The notes under the pieces were generated by a model. The model had not been told where the DNA came from. It did no database searches and worked only from the letters and a program-made list of their open reading frames with translations. A stretch of DNA of 64,000 nucleotides from an uncultured virus (IMG/VR IMGVR_UViG_3300030116_005269) (taxonomy: Duplodnaviria > Heunggongvirae > Uroviricota > Caudoviricetes): the IMG/VR virus record IMGVR_UViG_3300030116_005269, positions 1 to 64,000 of that record; one strand, given 5' to 3'. Made by a program: the position numbers and the translations under genes. Position 1 is the first letter of the stretch. Every line of letters starts with the position of its first letter. Shown here in pieces: positions 9,638 through 18,793 of this stretch.

Positions 9638-10140
9638 TTTTCACCTGTAAAAAACCAATGTTCCGGCTCAACAAAATGAAAAAACGCAGCCCCTACACCA
9701 TTGTTATCTACATTTGGAAAAGGCGGTCGCCAATGTTCTTGTTCTTCACCGTAAAATGCTAAGGCTTGATTTGGTTTCAAAATATATTCTCGACCTTCTA
9801 CAATTAAAGGCCAATCCGTATCACTATACAAATGTAAATCTATTGTATATGTACAAGCATTGTTGTCTTTGTGTTTTACTAATTCAGCAAGCTCGCCCTC
9901 ATAATGACAGGCTAAAGCATAGCTAGGTAATAGGGTAGGGGATTGGAACACATCTCTAGCAACCGCTACTGATCTGTTAAAGTACGGCATAATCGCACGC
10001 CATAAATCACTACTACACCCATACCTACCAAAAAATTCGTTGTATTCAAAGTTTTTGTAATTTCTTTTTACTAGTCCAACAAGACGATTAAAAATATCTT
10101 GTGGGAATAGTTCTTCAATTAGTATTTCTTTTCTTTCCAT
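9634..10140 (-). CDS. 2OG-Fe(II) oxygenase-like protein
   Basis: HKD...HWR triad; C-terminal FFHFV. Confidence 0.7.
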   Translation of the reverse strand: MERKEILIEELFPQDIFNRLVGLVKRNYKNFEYNEFFGRYGCSSDLWRAIMPYFNRSVAVARDVFQSPTLLPSYALACHYEGELAELVKHKDNNACTYTIDLHLYSDTDWPLIVEGREYILKPNQALAFYGEEQEHWRPPFPNVDNNGVGAAFFHFVEPEHWFFTGEK

Positions 10141-10949
10141 AATTTCTGTTTCTTTGGTACTAGTCTTCTTGGTCTTCTACTCAAAGCTTCGGGATATAAT
10201 TGATTAGTATCTCTACGATTAACTGAGGATTGACTAATCAAATTCCATTGTTTACTAAACTCCTCGTTCCACGGTACATATTCTAGTTTTACCGGTTTAG
10301 AGAATAATAAATTAAACATAATTACATCGTGATTTAATAAACACTCTTCACGATCAAGATCAACCCACTCAAAAGCCCAAGATAAACCTCTAGACCAAGA
10401 GTGTATAGGCATAAATCCGGGTATTGTACTAATAGGTAAATCTTTACCCACATTTCTATCACTAGGTAGTACATCCATCCATACTTCCGGATCGTCACAA
10501 AATAACATAACCGGCATAGATATTTGCATAGTAGGTACTCCCGGTCTAGCCCAACCTTCTTTTTCTTCAACAATAAGCTGATTAAAAGGTCCGTGGTGTT
10601 TTACATTACCGTAAAAATGTGCGTTAAAATCAAAACCACCGTATCTATCTACATCGTCAGCCAATTCATTTTTTCTCATTTTGATTTTTACATAACTATA
10701 TGGAAAGTTAACTTCATATAATCTATTTCTCATAAATTGTGTAGATACACAACCATTAGGGGCTTTTACAAACTTTTTAGGTAGTTCATAATTAACTGAG
10801 GGTAAAGCATTACTTTCCTCATTTTCTAATTGACCCCATTGTAAATTAGGTACGGGTACTGTGTATGCAACCCTAGGTGCGCTTCTGCTTATATCTTTCA
10901 TAGGCTTTGACCATATATCAGTAATTCTAGGTATTGGACATTTACTCAT
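10119..10949 (-). CDS. hypothetical protein, distantly similar to the DUF6065-like paralogs
   Basis: IPGFMPIHSWSR.LSWAFEW segment; cluster context. Confidence 0.5.
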   Translation of the reverse strand: MSKCPIPRITDIWSKPMKDISRSAPRVAYTVPVPNLQWGQLENEESNALPSVNYELPKKFVKAPNGCVSTQFMRNRLYEVNFPYSYVKIKMRKNELADDVDRYGGFDFNAHFYGNVKHHGPFNQLIVEEKEGWARPGVPTMQISMPVMLFCDDPEVWMDVLPSDRNVGKDLPISTIPGFMPIHSWSRGLSWAFEWVDLDREECLLNHDVIMFNLLFSKPVKLEYVPWNEEFSKQWNLISQSSVNRRDTNQLYPEALSRRPRRLVPKKQKLWKEKKY

Positions 10950-11760
10950 CTATAACCCCCTCTTCTTTCCATATCTTTTTATTTTGTTGCGTAAGCCAAC
11001 GGTAAAAACCGTTTTGTCTTGTTCTTTCCGCAGACCTGCTTTTTGAGTAATAAAGTTTGTCTAAATCATCCATATCTCTACTTTCGTAGTCTTTTAAATC
11101 AAAACCACTTCTCTTGTAGGGTATTACTTGTATTAGAGGCGTACCCTGTCTAAATGTTTTTTCACCAACTCCGTGATATATAAAAGGTATATTCATTTGA
11201 TGATAAGAGTCAGTTTCTACAAGACTAGGCATAATTTCTATTTCCCAAATACGATGATACCACGGCTGAGTTATGATAACTGACCAACCCGGTGGTGTCA
11301 CTATATCCCACGGATTTGTAAATTTTAATGCTGTGTTAAAACTTGTAGGTTGAAAAGGCATATTACCTATGGACGCGGGATCGTGATATGTAATAGTTTC
11401 ATTGTAAGCGTGCTTGTTGTACCAATTAAATCCTGTTTGCTTATTATGACTAATTTTAAGATCAAGCCATAAAGGTATAATATATCCCGCCGTCATCATA
11501 TCTTTTACAGTAGGACATTTTTTTAAAGAATTATCTTTGTAAGGAACTGTATTCCAACTATCGTCGTCTTCTCTTAACTCTGTCCACTCTCTTTGTAAAT
11601 GTTTGTACCAAGCAGGTATAAACTCTTTAGCAGGACGAGGTGGAGCTAGATCAACATATTCAGGATCACCTGTAAGGAATAGGATTTTATCGTCGCCAAC
11701 TTTATGTTTTTTGACTTCTAAAAATCTACTATATTCTTTTCGTTCCCACCATTTAGCCAT
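10942..11760 (-). CDS. DUF6065-like / dUTPase-fold-like protein (paralog 2)
   Basis: KKCPT..GYIIPLW, KFTNPW..TPPGWS, VETDSY, GTPLIQVIPYKR. Confidence 0.6.
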   Translation of the reverse strand: MAKWWERKEYSRFLEVKKHKVGDDKILFLTGDPEYVDLAPPRPAKEFIPAWYKHLQREWTELREDDDSWNTVPYKDNSLKKCPTVKDMMTAGYIIPLWLDLKISHNKQTGFNWYNKHAYNETITYHDPASIGNMPFQPTSFNTALKFTNPWDIVTPPGWSVIITQPWYHRIWEIEIMPSLVETDSYHQMNIPFIYHGVGEKTFRQGTPLIQVIPYKRSGFDLKDYESRDMDDLDKLYYSKSRSAERTRQNGFYRWLTQQNKKIWKEEGVIDE

Positions 11761-12473
11761 TATTCCATCAACACCATTGCTTGTTCTACTATTTTTAAAT
11801 TGTCGTCTGGAAAATCACCTGTATATTGGTTTCTTAAAGATATAGCATTTGTATCTTTATCCCAATGGATTATTTTATAAGTTGTAAAAGGTTGTGCTTT
11901 CAAATCGTCAATTTTGTCGTCTATATTATCCATAAGATCGGGTGTCCAACTAATAATAACTTTCATATCGGGATTGTCTGCAATAGTATCTACACAACCG
12001 TCAAGAACATCTAGTTCGCTACCATTTGTAGTTATGACTAACAGATCAAGATCTGTTAAATCTAAGCTATCTACTGTAATAACCTCAACTGCTTGTTCAC
12101 CCTCACCAAAATCAACATCTAGTTTTGCACCAGATTTGTTATTGTCAAAGTAGTACATTGTACCGCTACGACTTGTGCTTGCACAAGCTTTGTTTATATT
12201 TGTAGCGCTAGAACAATTTGTTTCTAAATCTGCAAATCTTGAAGTTATTGGCTCAACATTTATTACTTCTTTACCATTTGAAGTAAGCACTTTACTTGCT
12301 ACTCCTACTCCTGCACCAACAAATAATGCTTTGTCAATATTTGTAATGTTTTCATTTACATAAAATTCTAAAGAAGGATCAAGTGTAAGCCTGTTGTTCA
12401 TTAATAGTTGTTCAGCCCTATCACTTGCGTCGTATTCTATTGATTCCCCCACACTTAAATCTATTTCTACCAT
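11760..12473 (-). CDS. FkbM-like methyltransferase (divergent)
   Basis: FVGAGVG, VEP, VITVDSL, DLLVITTNGSELDVLDG. Confidence 0.65.
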   Translation of the reverse strand: MVEIDLSVGESIEYDASDRAEQLLMNNRLTLDPSLEFYVNENITNIDKALFVGAGVGVASKVLTSNGKEVINVEPITSRFADLETNCSSATNINKACASTSRSGTMYYFDNNKSGAKLDVDFGEGEQAVEVITVDSLDLTDLDLLVITTNGSELDVLDGCVDTIADNPDMKVIISWTPDLMDNIDDKIDDLKAQPFTTYKIIHWDKDTNAISLRNQYTGDFPDDNLKIVEQAMVLME

Positions 12474-13034
12474 TTAGTACCAATCTTTCTTAATTTCTGT
12501 ATAGTGACGACCGGACGGAAATACCGGCTCACCACCACTAAATTCACCTAAAACAAAGTGGTAGTTGTCTGGTCGTGCATAATTAAAGTATAGCGCAACA
12601 GTCACTCCTCCCGGATTTTGTAATCGACCGTGATCTGTTTGTTGTCCTTCATAAGCTAAAGCCTCTTCGTCTGCTAATACTATTTCTCTACCATTTACAT
12701 TCATGTTCCAACCGCTCTCGCTGTAGTAGTTGTACATAATTGTAAACTCAACAGGATCTGTATCTTTATGCACAGGATAGTTTGCATTAGTTTCATACCA
12801 ATTTAAAGTAGCAAAGGTAGGAAGTAAATTGGGAACATCAAAGACTTCTCTTGCTTTGTCAATACTAAATATATGGTACATATCGAGTTCGGGACAAGTC
12901 TTTTTCATCATACCTGTTTCGTGTCTTTCCCAAGTTTGATCGTCATAGTAAGGCGACTCATTGTCTAACCAATGTCGCATTTCTTCTACTTGATTTCCCT
13001 TAAATAAATCTGTGATGATTATTGCATCCATTTT
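12474..13034 (-). CDS. 2OG-Fe(II) oxygenase-like protein
   Basis: HKD...HGR; paralog of 9634-10140. Likely start at MKMDAII. Confidence 0.7.
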   Translation of the reverse strand, partial: KMDAIIITDLFKGNQVEEMRHWLDNESPYYDDQTWERHETGMMKKTCPELDMYHIFSIDKAREVFDVPNLLPTFATLNWYETNANYPVHKDTDPVEFTIMYNYYSESGWNMNVNGREIVLADEEALAYEGQQTDHGRLQNPGGVTVALYFNYARPDNYHFVLGEFSGGEPVFPSGRHYTEIKKDWY

Positions 13035-13708
13035 CATCCTCTTGGTAAATAAAAATCTGGTAATCCATCTGTGTCTATTTGATGACCTAACCATGTGACT
13101 ATTGCATACTTAGTACCACTAATTATAGGCATAGCCCTATGGGAATAAGCGTAATTGCTAGGAAACAAAACTAAAGCAGGTTTATCGGGTTTAACATTTT
13201 CGTCAAAGTGTATGAAATATGTACCGCCACCCTCATACTCAGTAGGATTTAAAAGTATTAGCGCACTTAAATATCTAGGCATGTGTGGTGCATAATCACA
13301 ATGAGCTTTATATTCTTGACCGCCCTGATAACGCAATAAAGTATATCCCTCATCAAACATAATTGGAAACTCATACTTTTTAGTGTATTCATTTACATAC
13401 TCACTTAACTTTTGTGTGAGTAAGTCTTGTAAGTTAGCTATATCTCTAAAATACTTGTCATTACCATTTTTAACGGACTCTCTGTATAGTCTTGATTCTT
13501 TAGGTAAAAAGTAATGTTCAGTAATACCAAAAGTCTTATTTGACCTAATATCTCCGCCTTTGTGTCCTTTACCAACGGACGCATCTTTAAAACCTAATTC
13601 AAATGTTTCGTCTTGATCAATATCTTCACATATTTTTATAATTGTTTTAGCTTGATCTTCTGTAATGAAATCCTCATAGATTTCAACACAACCCATAATT
13701 TTTTTCAC
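13034..13708 (-). CDS. prolyl-4-hydroxylase-like 2OG-Fe(II) oxygenase
   Basis: LLRY..GQEYKAHCD, YEGGGTYF, LFPSN, HRAMPIISGTKYAIVTW. Confidence 0.85.
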   Translation of the reverse strand: MKKIMGCVEIYEDFITEDQAKTIIKICEDIDQDETFELGFKDASVGKGHKGGDIRSNKTFGITEHYFLPKESRLYRESVKNGNDKYFRDIANLQDLLTQKLSEYVNEYTKKYEFPIMFDEGYTLLRYQGGQEYKAHCDYAPHMPRYLSALILLNPTEYEGGGTYFIHFDENVKPDKPALVLFPSNYAYSHRAMPIISGTKYAIVTWLGHQIDTDGLPDFYLPRG

Positions 13709-14421
13709 GAAAACTCCCTCATCTTGATTTGGTCTATTGGATTACCATTATTATAGCTATCCATATCAAAATTACTACTAAGTGAAACTAAAAATGCAGA
13801 CTTACGACCGTTCAACAAAGGCGTTGTTGCATGTGAATAAACAAAAGAACTAGGCATGATTACAACCGATCCGGCAGGTGGTTTGTATGGATCAGCCTCC
13901 GGAAAGTATCTAAATTTCAAACTACCACCCATAAAGTTGTCATTGAGATAAGTTAATATAGTTATTCGACGCATATACGGTGCAATGTAATATTGATTTG
14001 TTTTAGGGTTTCTAACTGAGTGATTGTCACTATGATATGTCATGTGTTTTGGCGGACTATAAGTTATGTATTGGTACTTTTCTAACCAATTAACTTCTTT
14101 TTCTACATCTGGGTACAATTCAAAATATTGTGCTGCTTTGTTTAAAGCGTTTGCTTGTACTTGTTTTAAAAATTGATAATGTGTTTTTTTTGTAAATTGA
14201 GCTTCTGGATCAAATCTTATAGGTCCGTTATCGTTATATAAAGATTTTGCTGCTTCGTCTGTTTTAGTAGATTCTAAAGTTTGTTGGGCTTTCCAATTAT
14301 CTACATCTTCGTCCATAGATTCTATTATGCCGTCTGGTACTTCTAAGCAATTTTCCCAAGCGACAACACCTCTAATAACTTCTTTAGGTGTACCACTTAC
14401 CCATAAATTATTCTTCTTCAT
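13705..14421 (-). CDS. prolyl-4-hydroxylase-like 2OG-Fe(II) oxygenase
   Basis: HSD, YLNDNFMGGSLKF, PSSFVYSH..P...GRK. Confidence 0.85.
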   Translation of the reverse strand: MKKNNLWVSGTPKEVIRGVVAWENCLEVPDGIIESMDEDVDNWKAQQTLESTKTDEAAKSLYNDNGPIRFDPEAQFTKKTHYQFLKQVQANALNKAAQYFELYPDVEKEVNWLEKYQYITYSPPKHMTYHSDNHSVRNPKTNQYYIAPYMRRITILTYLNDNFMGGSLKFRYFPEADPYKPPAGSVVIMPSSFVYSHATTPLLNGRKSAFLVSLSSNFDMDSYNNGNPIDQIKMREFS

Positions 14422-14878
14422 CTGCTTTTTCGTATATAGCGATTTCTTTTTTATCTACTTCTTTTTTGTCTTTATAAAAAATTATGTCATACCATCCGGG
14501 TTTAAGAGCAATATGTTCACTATAAAAATATTTTTTATGGTTGTCGTATTGTAGTAAATGAGTATCTATTTTATTTTGTTGCTCACTAGGATTGTCTAAA
14601 TTTTTTGACCAGACCTCCATTGAGTATTGAGGCATATTGTCTTTGTCAATAAATTCGTCAATATATATGTATTGTACAAATTCTGTTGAGGGTGCATTAA
14701 CAGGAACATGAGCTTTTCTATATTCAGGTATTTCAACAAGTTGTGCGACACTAGGGTCTTTTACAAAGTCTTCTATGTTTGGTGATAACCCTGTATGCAC
14801 TTCGGCAACTACTTGTTCCCATTCTTGTTTGTAATCATCAATAGATTCACCTTCGGGTATGTAGTATATTAATCTCAC
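14408..14878 (-). CDS. hypothetical protein
   Basis: ORF track; GGAGG RBS. Confidence 0.65.
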   Translation of the reverse strand: MRLIYYIPEGESIDDYKQEWEQVVAEVHTGLSPNIEDFVKDPSVAQLVEIPEYRKAHVPVNAPSTEFVQYIYIDEFIDKDNMPQYSMEVWSKNLDNPSEQQNKIDTHLLQYDNHKKYFYSEHIALKPGWYDIIFYKDKKEVDKKEIAIYEKADEEE

Positions 14879-14895
14879 AATCCTCCCTTCTTTTA

Positions 14896-15819
14896 TTAGG
14901 CTGTGAGTGTTGCTCGAATATCTAGTTGTGCCTTTAAGTAATCGATTGTTGCACCAAAGCTAACATCTTTTGTAGCTTTATAAGCATCAACATCGGCCAA
15001 GAACGCAGTTTCGTCAAATGCGTCTATATCTTCACCAAGTTTGTAAAGACAGTTAGCAACTGCTTTCTCACAGACTTGTAGGGCATCAGCTTTTTCCGTT
15101 GCTAAGGCATCGGCGCTAATTGATAGATCCATATCTTCTCCTATATTGTAAGTGTTTCCTAGACAGTATAGCATTGAATATTCACGAATATCTTTTATTC
15201 CCGGACTACCCTCGACAGGCCAAACCCAATCGTCAGGTATTTCGACAAAATATGCGTGAGCTTTACTGTAAAATATTTTTATAAACGAATATGACCCCTG
15301 ATCAGTTCCGTCATCTCCGTCATCTGTTGATATTGTATCAAGTTCTTTATCAAAATTGTCTATTGTAGTACAAGTAATATCGGTAGCTAAAACATCTGTA
15401 TAGGTATTATCTGCATAAACATAAGGGCTATCATTTTTTATATAAAAATTTACATTAGGATTTACATTTGTGTCAATATCCCAAACATAACCTACTTCAT
15501 ATTTATATTCGTTTAACAAATCGTCTGTCAATTTAAGTGGTGTATCATATTCACCGTTATAATCTGTTATAAAATCTTTGCGTCTTATATATAAAGAAAA
15601 CCTTTTTGCATTGTTTAACTCAACATCAACATAACCAAGTGTTCCGTCAACTACAAAATTTAATTTTTTTCTTGGACCATAAGGATATACATTATCGATT
15701 AAATCACTAGGAAATAAATTAGGTGCGTCTTGTGGATATAAAGTGCCGGGAAAATAAAATAAATCCCAATTACTATAATCTTGATCTTCTCGTTTGTAAT
15801 AAACTCTAACTGTCGCCAT
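14896..15819 (-). CDS. protein with N-terminal CBM41/pullulanase-associated-like domain
   Basis: VRVYYKREDQDYSNWDLF ... F..DG..GYVDV.L....FSLYIR pattern. Confidence 0.5.
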   Translation of the reverse strand: MATVRVYYKREDQDYSNWDLFYFPGTLYPQDAPNLFPSDLIDNVYPYGPRKKLNFVVDGTLGYVDVELNNAKRFSLYIRRKDFITDYNGEYDTPLKLTDDLLNEYKYEVGYVWDIDTNVNPNVNFYIKNDSPYVYADNTYTDVLATDITCTTIDNFDKELDTISTDDGDDGTDQGSYSFIKIFYSKAHAYFVEIPDDWVWPVEGSPGIKDIREYSMLYCLGNTYNIGEDMDLSISADALATEKADALQVCEKAVANCLYKLGEDIDAFDETAFLADVDAYKATKDVSFGATIDYLKAQLDIRATLTA

Positions 15820-15931
15820 AAATCAACCGCCTATTTTCTTCTAAAGCTTCTAGCCATTCCTCTTCTGGTACATTATGTACGCCTATACAATTACCTATTG
15901 GGCTTCTACCACAAGTACATTTTTTAGCCAT
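15806..15931 (-). CDS. 41-aa CDGSH-like iron-sulfur mini-protein
   Basis: Manual: MAKKCTCGRSPIGNCIGVHNVPEEEW...; CxCxxS...CxGxH. Confidence 0.55.
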   Translation of the reverse strand: MAKKCTCGRSPIGNCIGVHNVPEEEWLEALEENRRLIYGDS

Positions 15932-15933
15932 AA

Positions 15934-16593
15934 TTAGACCTTAAATGTTTTTACATTACCGTCATTGTGTCCTGTGACATCTGTGGCTAGTCCTGTAAGT
16001 GGTATGTCTTGACTAACTATAAAAATTGCACCACCACCGGTAGTAGATTCTCCTGTAGCATATACAGTTCCATAACCACTAATATTTCTTGCACATAAAA
16101 CTACAATTCCACCACCTGCGTTTGTTGTATCTCCTGATCCGCCAACTACAGCTTCGGGTGTTGTTTGACCACCGTGTACAATAACTCCGCTTATAGCTAA
16201 GTCTGGGTGGTTAAAATATTCTATACCTTCGGTAGGCGCTGTAGCACTTGTACCATTTCCCGCACCACCAATACTGTTAGTTGCATTACCTGTAGTACCG
16301 CCTTTTAATGTTCCGTCTGTACTAGCTGCGCCTTTTCTACCTAATGAACAAGTAGCTTGTTCGCTTGGTGTACTAGATAACATTAAAGAGTTTCTAACAA
16401 AAACTCTATATCCTGCTGTGTTTAAATGTATATCGTCATTTATAGTTAAGTTGTTGTAGTGCATATCACGAGTCAATGTTGTATTAGATGATATTGTGAC
16501 ATTACCGTCATTACCAGAGCCATAAATACTGTCTGGTATCACATCAAAAGTTTCAAAGTCGCTTGGTACTACACCTATTTCTTTTATAGCCAT
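15934..16593 (-). CDS. Gly-rich virion/tail-associated protein
   Basis: Paralog of 16595-17923 (YG.G.DGNVTI.SNTTL.RDM.YNNLTIN). Likely start at MAIKEIG. Confidence 0.6.
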   Translation of the reverse strand: MAIKEIGVVPSDFETFDVIPDSIYGSGNDGNVTISSNTTLTRDMHYNNLTINDDIHLNTAGYRVFVRNSLMLSSTPSEQATCSLGRKGAASTDGTLKGGTTGNATNSIGGAGNGTSATAPTEGIEYFNHPDLAISGVIVHGGQTTPEAVVGGSGDTTNAGGGIVVLCARNISGYGTVYATGESTTGGGAIFIVSQDIPLTGLATDVTGHNDGNVKTFKV

Positions 16594-16594
16594 T

Positions 16595-17923
16595 TTACGC
16601 TCCCGGATCTGTGTCGCTAGCAGCAATATTGTAAACGGTTAATACAGTTCCGGCACCTGCTGTTCCTGTACCACTCGTACCTGCGGCTGCTGCTAATGTC
16701 AAACCGCTAGGTAAAGGTTTTGTTCCTGAAATTAAAATTACTGTTCCGCCCCCCGCGTTATACCCGTCTGATGCTGTTCCGCCTGCGCCACCTGCACCGC
16801 CGGGGTGATAAACTGTTGGGTTTGTGGTAGAAGGATTTGTACCGTAGTTGGTAGGGTTGCTTCCATAGTTAGTTGGATTTGACCCGTAGTTTGCGCCATA
16901 ATTAGTATTGTTAGACCCATAGTTTGTTGTAGGGTTATTACTTCCATAGTTTGTGTATGGATGTGAGTGGTTATAGTGATAATGATAATATCCGGATTGA
17001 TAGTTATTAATTGTTGGACCGCCGTGCCAATGATAATGTGTGTGAGGATTTGATCCGCTGTAAGAGTATGGGTTTCCGGGTGATGTGTAGGAATAGTTGT
17101 TCCCCGGATAGCTATATCCGTATGAATAATTATTTCCTGAATAAGAATAGTTATTTCCCGGATGTGTATTTGTATTACCCGGAACTGTGTTTCCCGGTGT
17201 ACTAGCGTCTGGTGCAGGAGCGCCTGTTGTTCCATCCGTTCCAGCAGAAGCGTCATCACCGTCGGCTCTAACTGTACCGTCACCTACTATTGTCTTAGCA
17301 ATAACTAAAACAACTCCACCGCCTACCGCACCTGTACCCGCTGTTGCTGCATTACCGGTTGCACCTTTACCACCCGGCGCACCAACTGTTTGATAGTCAC
17401 TCCAATTTGAGTCACCACCGTCTGCACCTGCTGAGGCGTTTGCTGTAATCGATCCGTCACCCCCACCAGATCCACCTCCTATAAACTTATAAGAGCCAGA
17501 CGCAGGATCAAACTTTGACCCCTGTATAGCTACTGTTAAATTAAAAAATTCGTTTTCCCCACTAAAAAATTTGTTTGCGTTATGTGCTGAGTCTGATTGT
17601 GATCCTGATTTACCGCCTAATGTATCAGTTGCTGCTGTACCTTTAGCAAAGCCACCCTTAAGAGTTCCTACAGTAGTTTTGTTTGTAAATCTACCTATTC
17701 TTGAAGTGCTATTTGTAAATGTAAGTGTTCCTTTGACAAAGATACGATAGCCGTTGCTATCTAATGTACAGTTAGCATTTATTGTTAAATTGTTGTAGTA
17801 CATATCTCTTGATAGTGTGGTATTTGAGGTTATTGTGACATTACCATCTTGTCCAAAACCATATACCTCCTCACCACCAAGTCTGTCTAAAAAGACCGGC
17901 TCGGGTATTTCTATGGAAGGCAT
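16595..17923 (-). CDS. Gly-rich virion/tail-associated protein with an N/Y/H-rich repeat insert
   Basis: GGGVVLVIA Gly-rich motifs; NYSY and TNYGSNP repeats. Confidence 0.65.
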   Translation of the reverse strand: MPSIEIPEPVFLDRLGGEEVYGFGQDGNVTITSNTTLSRDMYYNNLTINANCTLDSNGYRIFVKGTLTFTNSTSRIGRFTNKTTVGTLKGGFAKGTAATDTLGGKSGSQSDSAHNANKFFSGENEFFNLTVAIQGSKFDPASGSYKFIGGGSGGGDGSITANASAGADGGDSNWSDYQTVGAPGGKGATGNAATAGTGAVGGGVVLVIAKTIVGDGTVRADGDDASAGTDGTTGAPAPDASTPGNTVPGNTNTHPGNNYSYSGNNYSYGYSYPGNNYSYTSPGNPYSYSGSNPHTHYHWHGGPTINNYQSGYYHYHYNHSHPYTNYGSNNPTTNYGSNNTNYGANYGSNPTNYGSNPTNYGTNPSTTNPTVYHPGGAGGAGGTASDGYNAGGGTVILISGTKPLPSGLTLAAAAGTSGTGTAGAGTVLTVYNIAASDTDPGA

Positions 17924-18252
17924 TAGCTTACCTCAACACCGGAAACATGTACATTTATAGAACTAGCCGCGCTTGCCTTACCTCTAATAGACGCGTTTGC
18001 TGCAACAACCATAGCCAAGTCAATAACTTGAGTTGTGTTAGCTTGCACAGTTATATCACCAAATATAATGTGACTATCTGCTGTTGATCCACCGTTAGGT
18101 ACAACTTTTATCTGTGCTGTTCTATCAGTAGCTGTGTAATTTGCAAGTATGAGTTGCTTGATAATGATCTTGTTGCTGTTTGTAAATATTTCAGCTTCGG
18201 ATGTACCAAGCGTTTCACTAGCATTTAGTTCTGCTGCTGTATATACTGCCAT
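17923..18252 (-). CDS. small beta-rich tail-associated protein
   Basis: Paralog of 21338-21670. Confidence 0.6.
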   Translation of the reverse strand: MAVYTAAELNASETLGTSEAEIFTNSNKIIIKQLILANYTATDRTAQIKVVPNGGSTADSHIIFGDITVQANTTQVIDLAMVVAANASIRGKASAASSINVHVSGVEVS

Positions 18253-18260
18253 TTATTCTC

Positions 18261-18716
18261 CTATAATCCCAACCACTGTAAAGCTTCAGTAGTATGTAAT
18301 TGTTGTGCTTTCACTTTTACCATTGCACTTGCAGAGTTGTCATAAAGCATAACTAAATCGTTATCTTCATCTACATCAATACTTGTACCGTCGGTAAGTC
18401 TTGTAGCATCTATAACAAGTGTGACCGCCCCACTATCAGCACCACCGTCCAAACCAGAAGTAGCCGCGGTTGTGACACCTGTGACATCTCCTGCTTCTAT
18501 TGACTGCCAACTTGAGCCATTGTACACTTGAAGTCTTGAATCCGTGCTGTTGTATATAATTTCACCGGTTGTAGCCGAACTTATTGCATTTCTTTGCGTT
18601 GTAGTAAAACTAGGTATTAACGGTCCGCCATCGGTTGATCCGGCGACAAATTCACTAAAACCGGTAGTATCACCACTAGTCGTGACTACTCTAATTAAAT
18701 GTTTTCTATTTGCCAT
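18261..18716 (-). CDS. tail fibre-associated protein
   Basis: TTTQRNAI...GEIIYNST..LQVYNGSSW motif. Confidence 0.65.
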   Translation of the reverse strand: MANRKHLIRVVTTSGDTTGFSEFVAGSTDGGPLIPSFTTTQRNAISSATTGEIIYNSTDSRLQVYNGSSWQSIEAGDVTGVTTAATSGLDGGADSGAVTLVIDATRLTDGTSIDVDEDNDLVMLYDNSASAMVKVKAQQLHTTEALQWLGL

Positions 18717-18793
18717 GATTTCCCTTAATTAAGATTCTTTTATAGTTTAGCATTAGATACCTTTCCTATTGGGTTTTAATAGTTTGCATAGTG

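Noticed and set aside
16738..17283. 181-aa same-strand alternative-frame ORF over the repeat insert
   Set aside because: It is explained by the repetitive codons (Ile/Thr-rich) and has no recognisable motif, unlike the nested MTase chain.
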